From positions 471,680 through 510,625 of the forward strand of contig NW_014577068.1 of assembly GCF_000485595.1 (NCBI RefSeq): a stretch of 38,946 bases of DNA, read 5' to 3'. The notes beneath the pieces are model-generated. The model did no database searches and had not been told where the DNA came from. It saw only the letters and a list, made by a program, of their open reading frames with translations. This stretch comes from Priapulus caudatus. Taxonomy: Eukaryota. Made by a program: the position numbers and the translations under genes. Below are positions 11,166 to 22,669 of the stretch, piece by piece (within the stretch, counting starts at the first letter, position 1; every line of letters begins with the position of its first letter).

Positions 11166-11341
11166 ATGGCTGCCCCCATTAATGCGATACGGGAAAATAA
11201 GAATGTTATTGATAAACATCCAGTTTTCCGTAGAGATGCATTGAAACTAAAAGATTATGTATATAAAGAAGTAAGAATAACAATGCAAGACGGAAGAGAA
11301 CTCATTGGTTGGGTTTATACAATAGATCCAGTATCAGAGAG
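11166..11341 (+). CDS. GEMIN6: Gem-associated protein 6 (Gemin6), coding exon 1, Sm-like fold
   Basis: DYVYKEVRITMQDGRELIGWVYTIDPVSE matches the Gemin6 Y.YKEV.V....G....GW..T.DPVS motif. Donor AG|GTTTGT at 11342, phase 2. Confidence 0.93.
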
Positions 11342-11349
11342 GTTTGTAC

Positions 11350-11698
11350 GGCGCAAATCCACTTTAGGCACCTTAGGTATCACGAAGTGATGCACAGATT
11401 TCTGTGTATCATCAACTGATGCACAAACTTTCCGTATATCAAGGAATGATGCAAACACCCTAACCCTAACCCTAACCCTAAGTCATAAAGTATAACCTTG
11501 CTCCTTAGGTATCACGAAGTGTGTTACTGTTAGGGTTAGGGTTAGGATTGGGGTTTAAGGGTTTTTGCATCATTCCTCGATATACGGAAATTCTGTGCAT
11601 CAGTTGATGATACACAGAAATCTGTGCATCAGTTGATGATACACAGAAATCTGTGCATCACTTCGTGATACCTAAGGTGCCTAAAGTGGATTTGCACC
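11350..11698. mobile_element. Foldback MITE with modular TIRs and inward telomere-like tracts, in the GEMIN6 intron
   Basis: GGCGCAAATCCACTTTAGGCACCTTAGGTATCACGAAGTGATGCACAG and its reverse complement ending at 11698. 29-bp modules, one extra on the right arm. (CCCTAA)4 at about 11458-11481 and TAGGGTTAGGGTTAGG at about 11531-11546. TSD not evident. Confidence 0.9.
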
Positions 11699-12267
11699 CT
11701 GTGGTTAGAAATATTGACTGTAGTCATTACCGGTGAGTAATTGTCAAGAGTGACAGATTGACATAACCATAATATTATAGATTGAGTCTGTCAGTGCTGT
11801 GACCCCTTTGCCAATGATGGCTGAAAACTAGCTGAATGTTATTATGGCCTGTATTTACTTGGCAATGTAGTAGGTGATAACAGGTGAAATATATGGATTA
11901 TATGGTTGTATATTCATTGGACAATTCACACGCACGCACATCCACTTCATCTCCCCTCTTTTTGAAACATTGTACATTGCCGATGTATACAGCGACACAC
12001 TAGATGAATATGCATCAGCCAACAGCTAAAGGTTTATGCAGTTTGAAGATGCAGCTAGGTTTCCAAGTTGAAAACAGTCAGTGTTACTTTGCTTGGGATA
12101 ACGATCTACTGCTATCAGCGGTTGTGTTCTTAGTGACATCTAGTCAGATGAATTGCAAGCAAAGGGTAACAGTCTATATACGTTTGTACCTGTCCCTGTT
12201 TATAACCAAGTTGCAATCACAGTATAATTTAATAATTATTGTGAATAATAAGCTGCTAATTATGTAG

Positions 12268-12430
12268 TAAGACCTATAAAAGGAAGAGATCACATTCTAG
12301 TCAGATAGTTGACAATACAAACACTCCACCCCCTGAATTCTTGTGTTGCAGCTGTCATGTGTCTTTATCTATTGGTTGTAAGAAAAGTGGCTGGCTGACT
12401 GTAGCTTACTTAACATGTCTATAGGTCTTA
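12268..12430. mobile_element. Possible short MITE
   Basis: 11-bp inverted termini TAAGACCTATA / TATAGGTCTTA only. Confidence 0.4.
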
Positions 12431-12472
12431 GCTTGGCTCAATCATATTTTATGAATCCAGTATACATTAACA

Positions 12473-12783
12473 CAGGGGTAGAAATGAATTTATGAACACA
12501 GGAGTCCAACGGACTCCCTACCCTCAAAAAGAGGGAGTCCGCAGTAAAATGAGGGCGTCCGCAGTCTGAGGTTCAAAATTAAAGATATTAAAACAATAAC
12601 GCATGTGCTTGTTTTTAAGATTCATGCGGTCGCACGTCTGCCAAATTTTCTTTGGACATTAGCTGAAAAAATACGGTAATTCCACGAGTTAGTATGGCAG
12701 AATTTTCAGGGAGTCACACGGGCTCCTGCATATGTCAAATCAGGGAGTATTTGACTCCGGACTCTCGTTAATTTCGCACCCTG
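12473..12783. mobile_element. hAT-like MITE, copy 1
   Basis: Termini CAGGGGTAGAAAT / ATTTCGCACCCTG, GGAGTC/GACTCC subterminal repeats. Homologous in the opposite orientation to 31140-31459. Confidence 0.85.
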
Positions 12784-13014
12784 TTATCATCATTTGTCTT
12801 CATCATAACCATACGCCCAATGTAATGCTAACCCATCTTTTATAATTTACCACAGTAGCTCTCCCCCTCAGCCGTGGATTTGCTCCCACAGAGACATGTG
12901 CTTAGCGTTGTACGAGTCAAATGCTAAAAAGTGATTGTTTTGTTATATATAACCAAGTTAACTATTAAATATGATCGCATGGCCACATAACTATTTTTAT
13001 TTTGTTATTTACAG

Positions 13015-13399
13015 TTTTGCTATCATCAAATTTGCAAGTGATGCTATTCCAAAGGAAGCAGATGGATCAGAACTCACTCTTATTCTTGGACATGCTGTAA
13101 AGGAGATACGTGTCACTAACAACGATGTGGCGAGTCATCGATCAAGACTTGATTTCCTATTCAGTGCTGGTACTGGTATGTTCAGCAAAGAAGAGATGGA
13201 AAGCAGGAAGGTGCGTCTCAAAGAGTGGTTGGAAAAAAACAGAATACCAGTAGAATTCCTCGGACAAGATGATAGTGTGCTCAATGTTGCAGATGCAGCA
13301 ACAATCGTACCACCTTACCGCGTTAATAACTGTCAAAGCACAAATGTAATTATCCTTGGACGGATTCAAGCTCTAATAAAGAGTATGCCAGACTCGTGA
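13015..13399 (+). CDS. GEMIN6: Gemin6 coding exon 2 (to stop)
   Basis: Polypyrimidine tract and TTTACAG acceptor (13013-14); the phase-2 join gives Ser. Encodes ILGHAVKEI...RKVRLKEWLEKNRIPV...TIVPPY..NCQSTNVIILGRIQALI, the Gemin6 C-terminal signature. Total CDS 561 nt, 186 aa. Confidence 0.95.
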
Positions 13400-13513
13400 C
13401 CAATGCAAAGGATCTGTTCTCTGAAAAATTTGCTTTTTGGATATATATCTTAATTATATAAGTACGTCTGTATATAACCACGTGCGTGTTTTTAACAATC
13501 TAGGCATTTTGCA

Positions 13514-13538
13514 AATAAATTTCATTACTACCAATAAA
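13514..13538 (+). terminator. Candidate GEMIN6 polyadenylation signals
   Basis: AATAAA at 13514-13519 and 13533-13538 (another at 13704-13709). Confidence 0.55.
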
Positions 13539-13649
13539 ATTTTCACAGAAAACATATAGACAAACTTGTATCCCTTACAAGTTGATATGCCTTACAATTT
13601 ACCCATTACAAAAGACATTCATTTGCTTGTTTTCTTTACTCTGATTGGC

Positions 13650-13655
13650 TTTATT
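13650..13655 (-). terminator. Candidate NDUFAF7 polyadenylation signal
   Basis: TTTATT on + (AATAAA on -), about 630 nt past the NDUFAF7 stop. Confidence 0.4.
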
Positions 13656-14285
13656 ATACAAAAATGTACAAAAAACGTTTGTGTAATACTTATTACTCAT
13701 GATAATAAATATATGAAAATAAGGTAATGAATCATTCTTACATGAGCTTTTTGTCATCAATGTAAGTCATTTCATGACCAGTATTGATGACAAGCCTATG
13801 AGACATTAGTAGCCAAAGATTTCTAACATGTCCTAGGAACATGAAACATGACATATATGACAATTTCTGCTATGCTACACTTATTCATCCAATTTACAGT
13901 CAAATATTTAAAATCAATTGTTAGTGCTTTTAAGAAAATCAGAAGCCATGTCGGGCAATCAAGCTCTTCATCTCCGACTTCTAATTGGAGACTAGGTAAT
14001 CTCAATCAGTTTGAAGACGTATACATCAAGCTGTGAAAACACCAGGACTGTGTTGCGATTGTCAAATGTAAACAGTAGGAAAATAAGGCGTGTTGTTTAG
14101 GCAATTAAAGCATGTCGGAGATTGATAGGATGTCGTGAATTAGTTCCAGCCTTGATGGCATGTGGGATGCGACACGACTTGAAAAGGATTGGGTAGAAGT
14201 CTGATACAGTGCTATCACAAAATTGATTTTAATATTGTAATTTGCATCATTGATTCCTATATGGCATGACCTAAACGACTGCGTT

Positions 14286-14462
14286 TCATAACGCCGGTAC
14301 AAAGCCTGCAGGCTTTTCCTGTGGCGCATCAGCTGCATACACTCGTCTCGACATTATCGTGAAGAACTTGAACCTGTCTCCCATCTTCTGTGGATTCATT
14401 ATCATGTCATAGCCGCTAATCAGGTCATTGTGATTCTCGGCAGGACTATTCATCAGCAGCTT
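14286..14462 (-). CDS. NDUFAF7: NDUFAF7 last coding exon
   Basis: TAG acceptor; KLLMNSPAENHNDLISGYDMIMNPQKMGDRFKFFTIMS...PAGFVPAL* (GY..L..P..MG.RF.F and terminal AGF motifs); 177 nt. Confidence 0.93.
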   Translation of the reverse strand, partial: KLLMNSPAENHNDLISGYDMIMNPQKMGDRFKFFTIMSRRVYAADAPQEKPAGFVPAL

Positions 14463-14757
14463 CTACAACAATCGAGAAACCAACGATTACAAAGGTAGCT
14501 CATCGCAGGTTCACTGTCTGCGGCCGAGTGACGATGACACACAGTGACGACCAATCTGCATATATCACCTTCACACCCATCTATAATAGAAAATCTCCAT
14601 TGGTTTTCGTTGATGGTCTTATCTTTCTGTCTGGGTTAGTATTCAAGCTTCCCCTAGGAAATAATGCTTACAAAAGTGTACTAACTGACAGGATATATAT
14701 AGAGCAAGCAGTAACCAAACAATTACAACATTTAGTAAACAAAACATTTGTTGTCTA

Positions 14758-15139
14758 CAGTAGAACTCGCATAAGACGCCATTGTCTAACTCGTCAATTC
14801 GCTTAAGTCATCATGGAAGTCAGTCCCGATTTTCTCATGATAAATCCATTTGAATAGCCCCGCCAAAGTCGTCGCCCTCAGACAGGTCCCACGTAATACA
14901 AACAACAGTAAAATTCTATCTGTATGTCGTCGTCAGAAATGCCGATGGCGCAGTGTATGCAGCCCAATGTACAGCAAATTCCTGGTGAAATGATGACTCA
15001 TTGTTTTGGACACTCTCCAAGTCGTCGAAATGTCAGCTTTGTAAGTCGTCATTTTGGCGACTTACGTGTATTTCGTCATTTTCGTACATCAGCGCAAAAA
15101 TGCTGGTCCCAAAAGTGCCGACTTATGCAAGTTTTACTG
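14758..15139. mobile_element. pogo/Tigger-like MITE in an NDUFAF7 intron
   Basis: TA|CAGTAGAACTCGCATAAG ... CTTATGCAAGTTTTACTG; right TA not preserved. Confidence 0.75.
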
Positions 15140-15675
15140 AGCTATGTAATAGAGTATAAGCAATAGCTTATACATAGCCACTCCGGCTCCCCTGTATATA
15201 TACATCACTATTTATTAAAACAAGGTTTGGGTTGTGTCTAAATAACTAAATGTGTGCAGCGTATATTGGTGTATATCTAACAGCTTCCAGTGGCAATGTG
15301 TGGCTTTGCTATAAGCAGTCACAAACAAGGTGCAATCAGTGAACAGGGCTGCAGAAACATGACTTGGGGTGCACCACCCTGTTTGAATAACAGTGACAAA
15401 ATAAAGGGGATTAAATATCAAAACCAAACGAGTTTACGATGCTTACAATGCTCAAATATCTACGGCATGAAATAAAAAAAAACATGTTGATTGGTTATTA
15501 TAAATTAAACTTTCCATATTCAGGTAAATTTAAAAGACCAGGAATAAATTACGTAAGTTTGATGAAAATCCAATTTTAGTGCCCTTTACATGATCACAAT
15601 TGTGATGTCATGACATGAAATCAAAATTGTGCTATTTACGCCTAAATCATACAAGTTGACAGGCATGCACCTTAC

Positions 15676-15743
15676 CTTGAACCTCACATCTATCGCCATG
15701 TTTGTAAGAAAGGACTGCTGAGGAATTGGGCCGAATATTGCCA
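15676..15743 (-). CDS. NDUFAF7: NDUFAF7 exon
   Basis: CAG|TG...AAG|GTAAGG; (V)AIFGPIPQQSFLTNMAIDVRFK; 68 nt, phase 1 to 0. Confidence 0.92.
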
Positions 15744-16376
15744 CTGAAACATAAATAGCGAGTTCCTTGACTATGGAGAAACATGTCACAAAGACAAAAA
15801 AACAATGCAGGTGAGCAAGTCGAGTCAAAACATTGCAGCGACAAACAGTGCAAACTGTTACAAGCGACGTCAAAAACGCAGCGAATGGCCCCAGCAACAT
15901 TTCATGCAGTAATGACAGGAACTAGGTAAAAGTTCATCTCCTTTCTCGTTACACAATAGCAGACATTTTATGTTTGTAACTTGGGAGTGTTAAATGTTAC
16001 ATGGGCATACAATTTATTTCAAAGTCTAGCTAAATATTTTCCTTTTTAGCTGGACTACTTTTCTTAAATCTCAAACATAACAGTTGTTCATTGATGCTGC
16101 AGTTTGTCTTGATATTTAGGCTCTATATCTATTAAATCCTATTGAACCAAAAAGGTAACAGGAGTTTAAACAAATATTAGGACACTCTCAGTCTCACTAC
16201 AGAATGCTGCTACTGCGGTAATAGCTTCCATGCTCTAACAATTGGATAAGAATTGTTGGCACACATTTGTATAGTACCTATTGGTTACACCATGAATATG
16301 AAGGTATGGATATGTTCATGGTTATACTTATACCAATTCCCATCTTGTCACAACACTCTAAGAAGCATCACCCTAC

Positions 16377-16482
16377 CGTCGTCACCGGCCTGTTGTCTCA
16401 GATAGGCAAAGTCAACATCGGCTGTGAGATCGGCTGTGCCAGGTTCACACAGCACGTCATGTAGCTTGTGACTCCGGAATCC
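16377..16482 (-). CDS. NDUFAF7: NDUFAF7 exon
   Basis: CAG|GGA...G|GTAGGG; GFRSHKLHDVLCEPGTADLTADVDFAYLRQQAGDD; 106 nt. Confidence 0.95.
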
Positions 16483-16965
16483 CTGCAAGAAAAACATGGG
16501 AAGTGCAGTCAGCCTTTTACTAGCAAGTATATTTTGACTAGTTTTACAAATATATACTGGTGGCCAGGCAGAGTGCTGTCTTTCTATGCTAATTCTTAAA
16601 TCAATTGCATGTTTATGCTGTGCAATATTGTTAGGTAATATAATCAGTATTGCAAAGGTGCTACGCCTACATTATCATGACCACGGACACATAACAACTA
16701 ATCAGAAAGAAATTGTGAAAGTATCCAAGTAATTTAATGATCTTGCCTCTTGATTTATGATTGTTACAGATTGGTTATAGCAAAAACCAATGCATGCATC
16801 TAAATTTCACAAATTTTTTTTCTCTGCAAAAGCTAACTTATCACACAGGTAGCAATGCTTAAAATTCTTGCCTACAGTTAGTTGGACGTTTGGACTATAA
16901 AAATTTATGCCAAATAAACCCAAGTATATACATGTAGCCATTGCATAAAAATTAAGTGCACTTAC

Positions 16966-17109
16966 TCGGAAAGTGTCTGTGTTCGTACCATTGTGGCCAT
17001 AGTCGATAATCAGGGCACATCCACCGTCTTCAGTTATTCTCATTGCCAGCGACTGTGCTATAACACCTCCCTCTGGGCAGATCTCGACATGGTCTCGGGT
17101 CTCTAGTTT
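16966..17109 (-). CDS. NDUFAF7: NDUFAF7 exon
   Basis: TAG|AAA...CGA|GTAAGT; KLETRDHVEICPEGGVIAQSLAMRITEDGGCALIIDYGHNGTNTDTFR; 144 nt. Confidence 0.95.
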
Positions 17110-17494
17110 CTAACAAAGATTGGTGAGATTACCACTACAGTCACCTTGCTTGAATGCTTGGTCATGAATATGTACTCTTAGATGTGCATGTTGAAGTAAG
17201 ATTGCAACTCATGATGGAACTTTAAATAGCAGTTTATATTAATAAATGTCCTGAAATGTTTCTATAGTTTAGGTGCGCACACTATACCAACTGTGTGGAA
17301 GTCATTGCTCACGAAATCATAGGGTGATAATCTGATTGACATGGGCACAGATGGTCCCATCACAATATGTTTCAACTACATCAATGAAAATCTAATATCA
17401 CATGAGTTAGCTGTTTATTAAATATAATATACAGTCATCTATTTTATCGTATGAGAATTACTGGAATCAGTCTCATCTAGTCAACTATACTCAC

Positions 17495-17617
17495 ATTGAT
17501 CAGTACAGTGGCTGGTGTGACAGACGGTGCCAGAACAAAGCGGAGGCTGGGCATGAGTGCATTAGAAATAGAACTATCAATGTCCACCATTATCTCTCGC
17601 CAGCCTGCTCCAGTTCT
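17495..17617 (-). CDS. NDUFAF7: NDUFAF7 exon
   Basis: TAG|AGA...AAT|GTGAGT; RTGAGWREIMVDID...LRFVLAPSVTPATVLIN; 123 nt. Confidence 0.93.
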
Positions 17618-17799
17618 CTATGAGAAATTAAGATATTTAAGACATTGAGGTACAGTTAATGGCAAGGGATAAGACAACCTTCTAAAGCTTTTAGCATTCT
17701 GGCTGCATGGACGTAATGACAATTTCTAATAGATTATACAATAGATCATTCTTGATTATAGTAACATTAATTTTTAGCAAAAAGGAGGAGTACAATATC

Positions 17800-17907
17800 T
17801 ATCTACCTACCTGCCTGCCTGCTTGCCTACCGGCCTGTCTGCCTACTTGCCTACCTGGCTGCCTGCCTGCCTGCCTGCCTGCCTGCTTGCCTGCCAGCAC
17901 GCACGCC

Positions 17908-17939
<32 letters not shown>

Positions 17940-17948
17940 TACACACAT
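17800..17948. repeat. Compound microsatellite (CCTG)n-(GCAC)n-(AC)n
   Basis: Directly visible. Confidence 0.95.
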
Positions 17949-18040
17949 ATAGATAAGGGAAGGTAGCATGTTTCAGCAATTATGTATTTTATTTCGAATA
18001 TGACTCTTTAACCTTCAGAAAAAAATCAATGCATTCTCAC

Positions 18041-18445
18041 CTGAAACTTGTGTATGGGTAGAGCATCGAAGAACTCATGTGCCACATAGACCGCTGGCAT
18101 GCAAGGCAGGTCGTTGATCGAGCGATACCAATGCACAGGGACCCCACTCTTACTCAGTCCCATCCTATATCTCCCAGTCACGTCTGCGTCTGACGGCAGT
18201 GCTGAAGCTGAAGCAGGAGACGTGTTTTCGTTGCCGGGACGACCGCTCTCGCTGGAGGCATCGCGTTTCACGTTGATGTCTTCACACAGCTTTTCGTTGC
18301 CGGGACGACCGCGCTCGCTGGAGGCATCCCGTTTCACGTTGGTGTTTTCACACAGCTTCTCTGCCTGCATTTCGCTCAGTTTTGGACTGACTTCGACAAG
18401 ATGTAGCGACGTACGGTCGCGTAAATCGGCAAACTGTGCGATCAC
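18041..18445 (-). CDS. NDUFAF7: NDUFAF7 exon with internal 66-bp tandem duplication
   Basis: CAG|GTG...CAG|GTGAGA; LHLVEVSPKLSEMQAEKL...SKSGVPVHWY...VAHEFFDALPIHKFQ; 405 nt. Confidence 0.95.
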
Positions 18446-18864
18446 CTGTTGTGCAGAACAGCAGTGATTTAATTAGCATACTATCAATGTAATAATTAAG
18501 CAATATTAATGATGCAAAAAGCTTAATCAGCCGTAGTAACATAAATTCATCTAGGCACAGTTTAGTTTAAAAGGGCTACCGGAACTGTTTGAGCACCATT
18601 ATACTGAACACCATTGGACACCCTTAACATAATATATCTATATTCTCTACCTTACACCTACCTATAAGCCTCGCACCACCAGACCACTACCAGCAGCGTG
18701 ATTATATCCATCTACACCCCTAGGAAGAATTTCTTCCCATAATTTAATCACACCCATCCTCTTCACATCGATTTCCTCGATGTGCTTTACGCTAACACCT
18801 CACCATACGCAGAGCAGTAAATACACACAGAACTGTAAGCGAGATATACATGGATTTCTCGTAC

Positions 18865-18978
18865 CCTCAGTATGTCTGCAGCCAGCGTGCCACGGCCTGG
18901 TCCGAGCTCTACAAGATTCAACGTCTGATCGGGGTGGCCGACCCTCAGCCACTCATGGATACACCAGACAGCTACCAA
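18865..18978 (-). CDS. NDUFAF7: NDUFAF7 exon (SAM-binding motif I)
   Basis: TAG|TTG...[47 protein letters not shown]; 114 nt. Confidence 0.96.
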
Positions 18979-19233
18979 CTACATGCACAGGTGTGGTTTA
19001 GTGGATACGGCATCAGAAATTCTGATAGGGTCCTTGACGGGATCAGAAAGCAGTATGGAATATTCAATTGAAGATATCACAGCATGCAGCGACTGTGTCA
19101 ATGCTAATAAACAGAATTTAATTCAATCAGCCACTTATCACAGCCAAGTTGTGTCGTAGATGAAATTGTGATTTCCACTCCTTATAGAAATAAGCAATTG
19201 CAAATAGGAATTCTACCGTAGGCATAGTCATTA

Positions 19234-19377
<144 letters not shown>

Positions 19378-19998
19378 TCAAAGGTTCAATTAAGAATTTT
19401 TTTATGGCAAGGCAATTGTTGCATTGGGTTTAATCAGATATTTTTAGGGCACCATGGCAAGTTAAAGCAGCAGCAAAGCAAACATTGCCTTCAATGACAG
19501 GTTATCAAGGCCATTTACTTACGAACAAAACTTTTTCTGTGGGAAAAATAGAATTTATGTGGGACTTTACAGGAAAGGGGCGGAGGCAAACCAGGTAGGG
19601 CAACCTCAGTAGGGTAGCATTAATTGTTGAGGATATCATTTAATTTTCAGGTACATTGTGGCCAATAAGGCAACCACAACACTGACTATTGCTCCTGACA
19701 TCCAGAACATAACAAATAGTATGTGTGCTTCTGTATAATGTAATAACTATATACATAGTAGAATTTTTCATGGGATCATAGTGGTAACCTGAATACTAAA
19801 AGTTGGAAAACGTGTCAATGACATTAAAATTTATCAATATGTGATGTCCCAACAATACCACAAGTCTTGAGGTGGTTAGGCCTTTGCTGCGATGGGCTGA
19901 TCTATGTAATTTACTAACTTGGAAATAAGTTTATACACACACTCACACACCGCGAAAGTTCTATAATACCCACAACGAGGGGAATTTAATGCACTCAC

Positions 19999-20159
19999 CG
20001 ACACAGGATTCGTGAGTACTTCCTGCATGTAACTAGCTACAGTCAACGGTCCTGCAGCTTGTATGCGTCTAGAGAGATGTTGCATTAAATGTGTAGTATC
20101 ACCTGCTGTCTGTGAGGATGACATCTGCCATTGCATACAATGTATCAGCCTGCGGATAC
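19999..20159 (-). CDS. NDUFAF7: NDUFAF7 exon 2
   Basis: CAG|GT ATC...TCG|GTGAGT; IRRLIHCMQWQMSS...LMQHLSRRIQAAGPLTVASYMQEVLTNPVS; 161 nt; requires a phase-1 upstream exon. Confidence 0.92.
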
Positions 20160-20777
20160 CTGAATCAATGATGGAAGAACCCAAAAACAATTAGAGTTGA
20201 AGGTGCAGTGTCCGCGCTGACACTTACAAGTACAGTCCAACCCCTTCTGATTAGATAAGTTCCTGGTCGTTGTTATGTGAGAAAAAGATGAGGTATATGT
20301 CCAACAACACTACCTGCTGTAACAGTGTGTGTTATGTTTGGTGGGAATTAAATCAAATTAGGGCAATGGTTGATGTCCCAGGCAGTTTTATGAATGCCAA
20401 AGCGGACACACCACATTTAGGCTGGAACCTTTTTCAAAAGTTACTATTCAACAATAAAGTAGGTATGGTAGGTTATCAAGCCAGGACAGAAACATTCGAC
20501 ATTACACTTCAGCTGCTTAGTTATATGACCTAGCACACGAAACACTGGACTGCATGTTGTCTGCTGCCAGTAATGCTAGTTTAGCTAATTCATGAAAAAG
20601 AAGCTCGTTGTTTATTTATTCAGTAAGGACAATCTAGTGTAGCGCATACGTATAGCCTTGTGGGCTATTGCTTATAAACACTAAACCAAACAAGCTATTT
20701 TCTGCTGTTCACACGGCCCCAAAGACTCGGATGAGTCGGATGTCTGTAATGTCTCGGATACTGTAAAATGTTACATA

Positions 20778-21655
20778 CAGTCCGACCTCCTTTATCCGGC
20801 CACGTCGGGACCGGCACCCATCCGGATATGGGATTTGGCCGGATATGAGTTATGCTCAAACACAGCATTTCTATGCAGTTCAGTAGGGGTTATGCATGTG
20901 ATAATGTATTTAGTCGTTGCTACGATTGATTATTTGTAACAAACTGTCGTGTTTTATAGTTTATATGAAATGGAAATAAAATGAAATAAAACAGAAATTT
21001 TACCACTTCGGTTTTTTTTTTTTTGTGTGTGCTGAGATCTAGGGCTGTAACGATCGATACACTCGCGGCGTTGTATGCCTAGGGCTGTTACATGTGCGCG
21101 GCAGCGGTGCCGTTGATTGAAGTACGGGGCTCGATCGATTGCGAGTGCGTAGCAAGGTAGTGCGTTTCGCTAACGTCTGCTAGTAAAAGTTGTTTGTTAA
21201 CGGACGAAAGTTGTCCGGAGGCATAGCGGACAACACACACACACACGCACGCACGCACGCTCGCACGCACACACACACATTTTTGTTCATTCATATAGTA
21301 TACAATGTATATATCTTTTATTCCTTGGTAGTTTTTACAGCATCAACAAGTGAGTATGTATTCGTGAAATATTCGTATTAATATGGCCATATATTTATAC
21401 ATGTACATGTACATGGGCGTTTGCTCTTACGGTAAGTGTGTTTGTTTTGTGCATGTGATAGCTGTGCGCTCTTACGATAATTAATGTGTACATCGTGCGA
21501 GAATCATTGGTACATCGCGCGAGTTTTGAGCGAGCTTTAAGCGAGATTTTTAGGTGGAAATGAATGAAAAAAAAGAGAGAACATACACTGCGAGATCGCG
21601 ACCGGTTAATAGAGATTTACGGATAACGGATGGCCGGATAAAGGAGGTCGTACTG
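20778..21655. mobile_element. pogo/Tigger-like MITE
   Basis: TA|CAGTCCGACCTCCTTTATCCGGCCA ... TGGCCGGATAAAGGAGGTCGTACTG|TA; TA TSD on both sides. Confidence 0.9.
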
Positions 21656-22121
21656 TATACGATATTGTCATAAATAGTACATAAATAAAAGATTGCAGTC
21701 AGTAAAACATAATGCATCGACTACACTACACAGTACTGAACTACAGATCTATGGAATAGCTAAGGCAGCCAACATCATGATCATGGCATTATTGCACTTA
21801 CATAATAGCAGGTGTAACTTTTTTATTCACAGATTGTATTGTAAAGATATTACTTGTACCTTTATAATACAGTGCTGCTACTCAGGATATTACAAAAAAG
21901 TATAAAATCTGTCCAGAAAAAAGTATCAAAATTGTCTAAAAAAAGTATTAAAAAAGTATAAATTTGTATCAACCTACCATGATTTGTAGTCACTTGTTAC
22001 TTAATACATTGTTACCGAATACATTATAGCCTATGTGCAGCATGTAAACAAGCTTCAGGAATGATGTGTGCAATGCCATGAGGAGTTGTCTCTTGAACCG
22101 TCAGTCTGGAATATTTCAATG

Positions 22122-22403
22122 CAGTGTTTCCCCTGGCCAAAAAGGTCTGGGAAGTGGGAAATGTTTTTTGTGATGTGTTTGCGCGTTTCAAGGTCTTAGC
22201 AAAGCAAGCAGCGCAGGTGCTGGCCAAGCTAGGGGGTCCGGGAAATTTTTGAAAGAATGGTGCAATTTGGTGCATCCCAAGCTATTCTGAGCTGTATGAG
22301 ACTCTTGAATCTCTTTTTCAAGTTGTCAAAAGTTTCGTCAACGAGGCGGCGTTTTGGACAAATTTCGGTGTGGCGGCTGAGAATCAATGCAGAGGAAACA
22401 CTG
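22122..22403. mobile_element. hAT-like MITE with 5-bp TSD
   Basis: CAGTGTTTCCCCTG / CAGAGGAAACACTG; TSD CAATG (22117-21, 22404-08). Confidence 0.85.
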
Positions 22404-22669
22404 CAATGTGCATTGCTCATTTGACATTTGGTCACTGACAGCAGAGAGCTGAGAGCAAAAACACTCCACTGAACAGAGCACACATCACTCCTGCAACAAG
22501 ACTAGCAAAGCACAACTTTAATCTAATCAAATACAGTGTACCTAAATGTATGTCCGAAGAGTTTTGACCATCTTTGGCAAAAAAAAGTATTTAAAAGTAT
22601 TTATGCATGAAAAAAGTATGAAAAAAGTATAAAAAGTACATTTTCTTAAAAAAAGTATAATACTTTTAT

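Noticed and set aside
11342..11390. C-terminal part of the 74-aa ORF at 11166
   Set aside because: Intron and MITE read-through; Gemin6 homology resumes at 13015.
12971..13014. ATG at 12971 as a separate gene start
   Set aside because: It lies in the intron's polypyrimidine region; the ORF is GEMIN6 exon 2.
20160..20190. TTG start of ORF 19876..20190 as the NDUFAF7 start
   Set aside because: Not an ATG; it coincides with a polypyrimidine tract and CAG acceptor.
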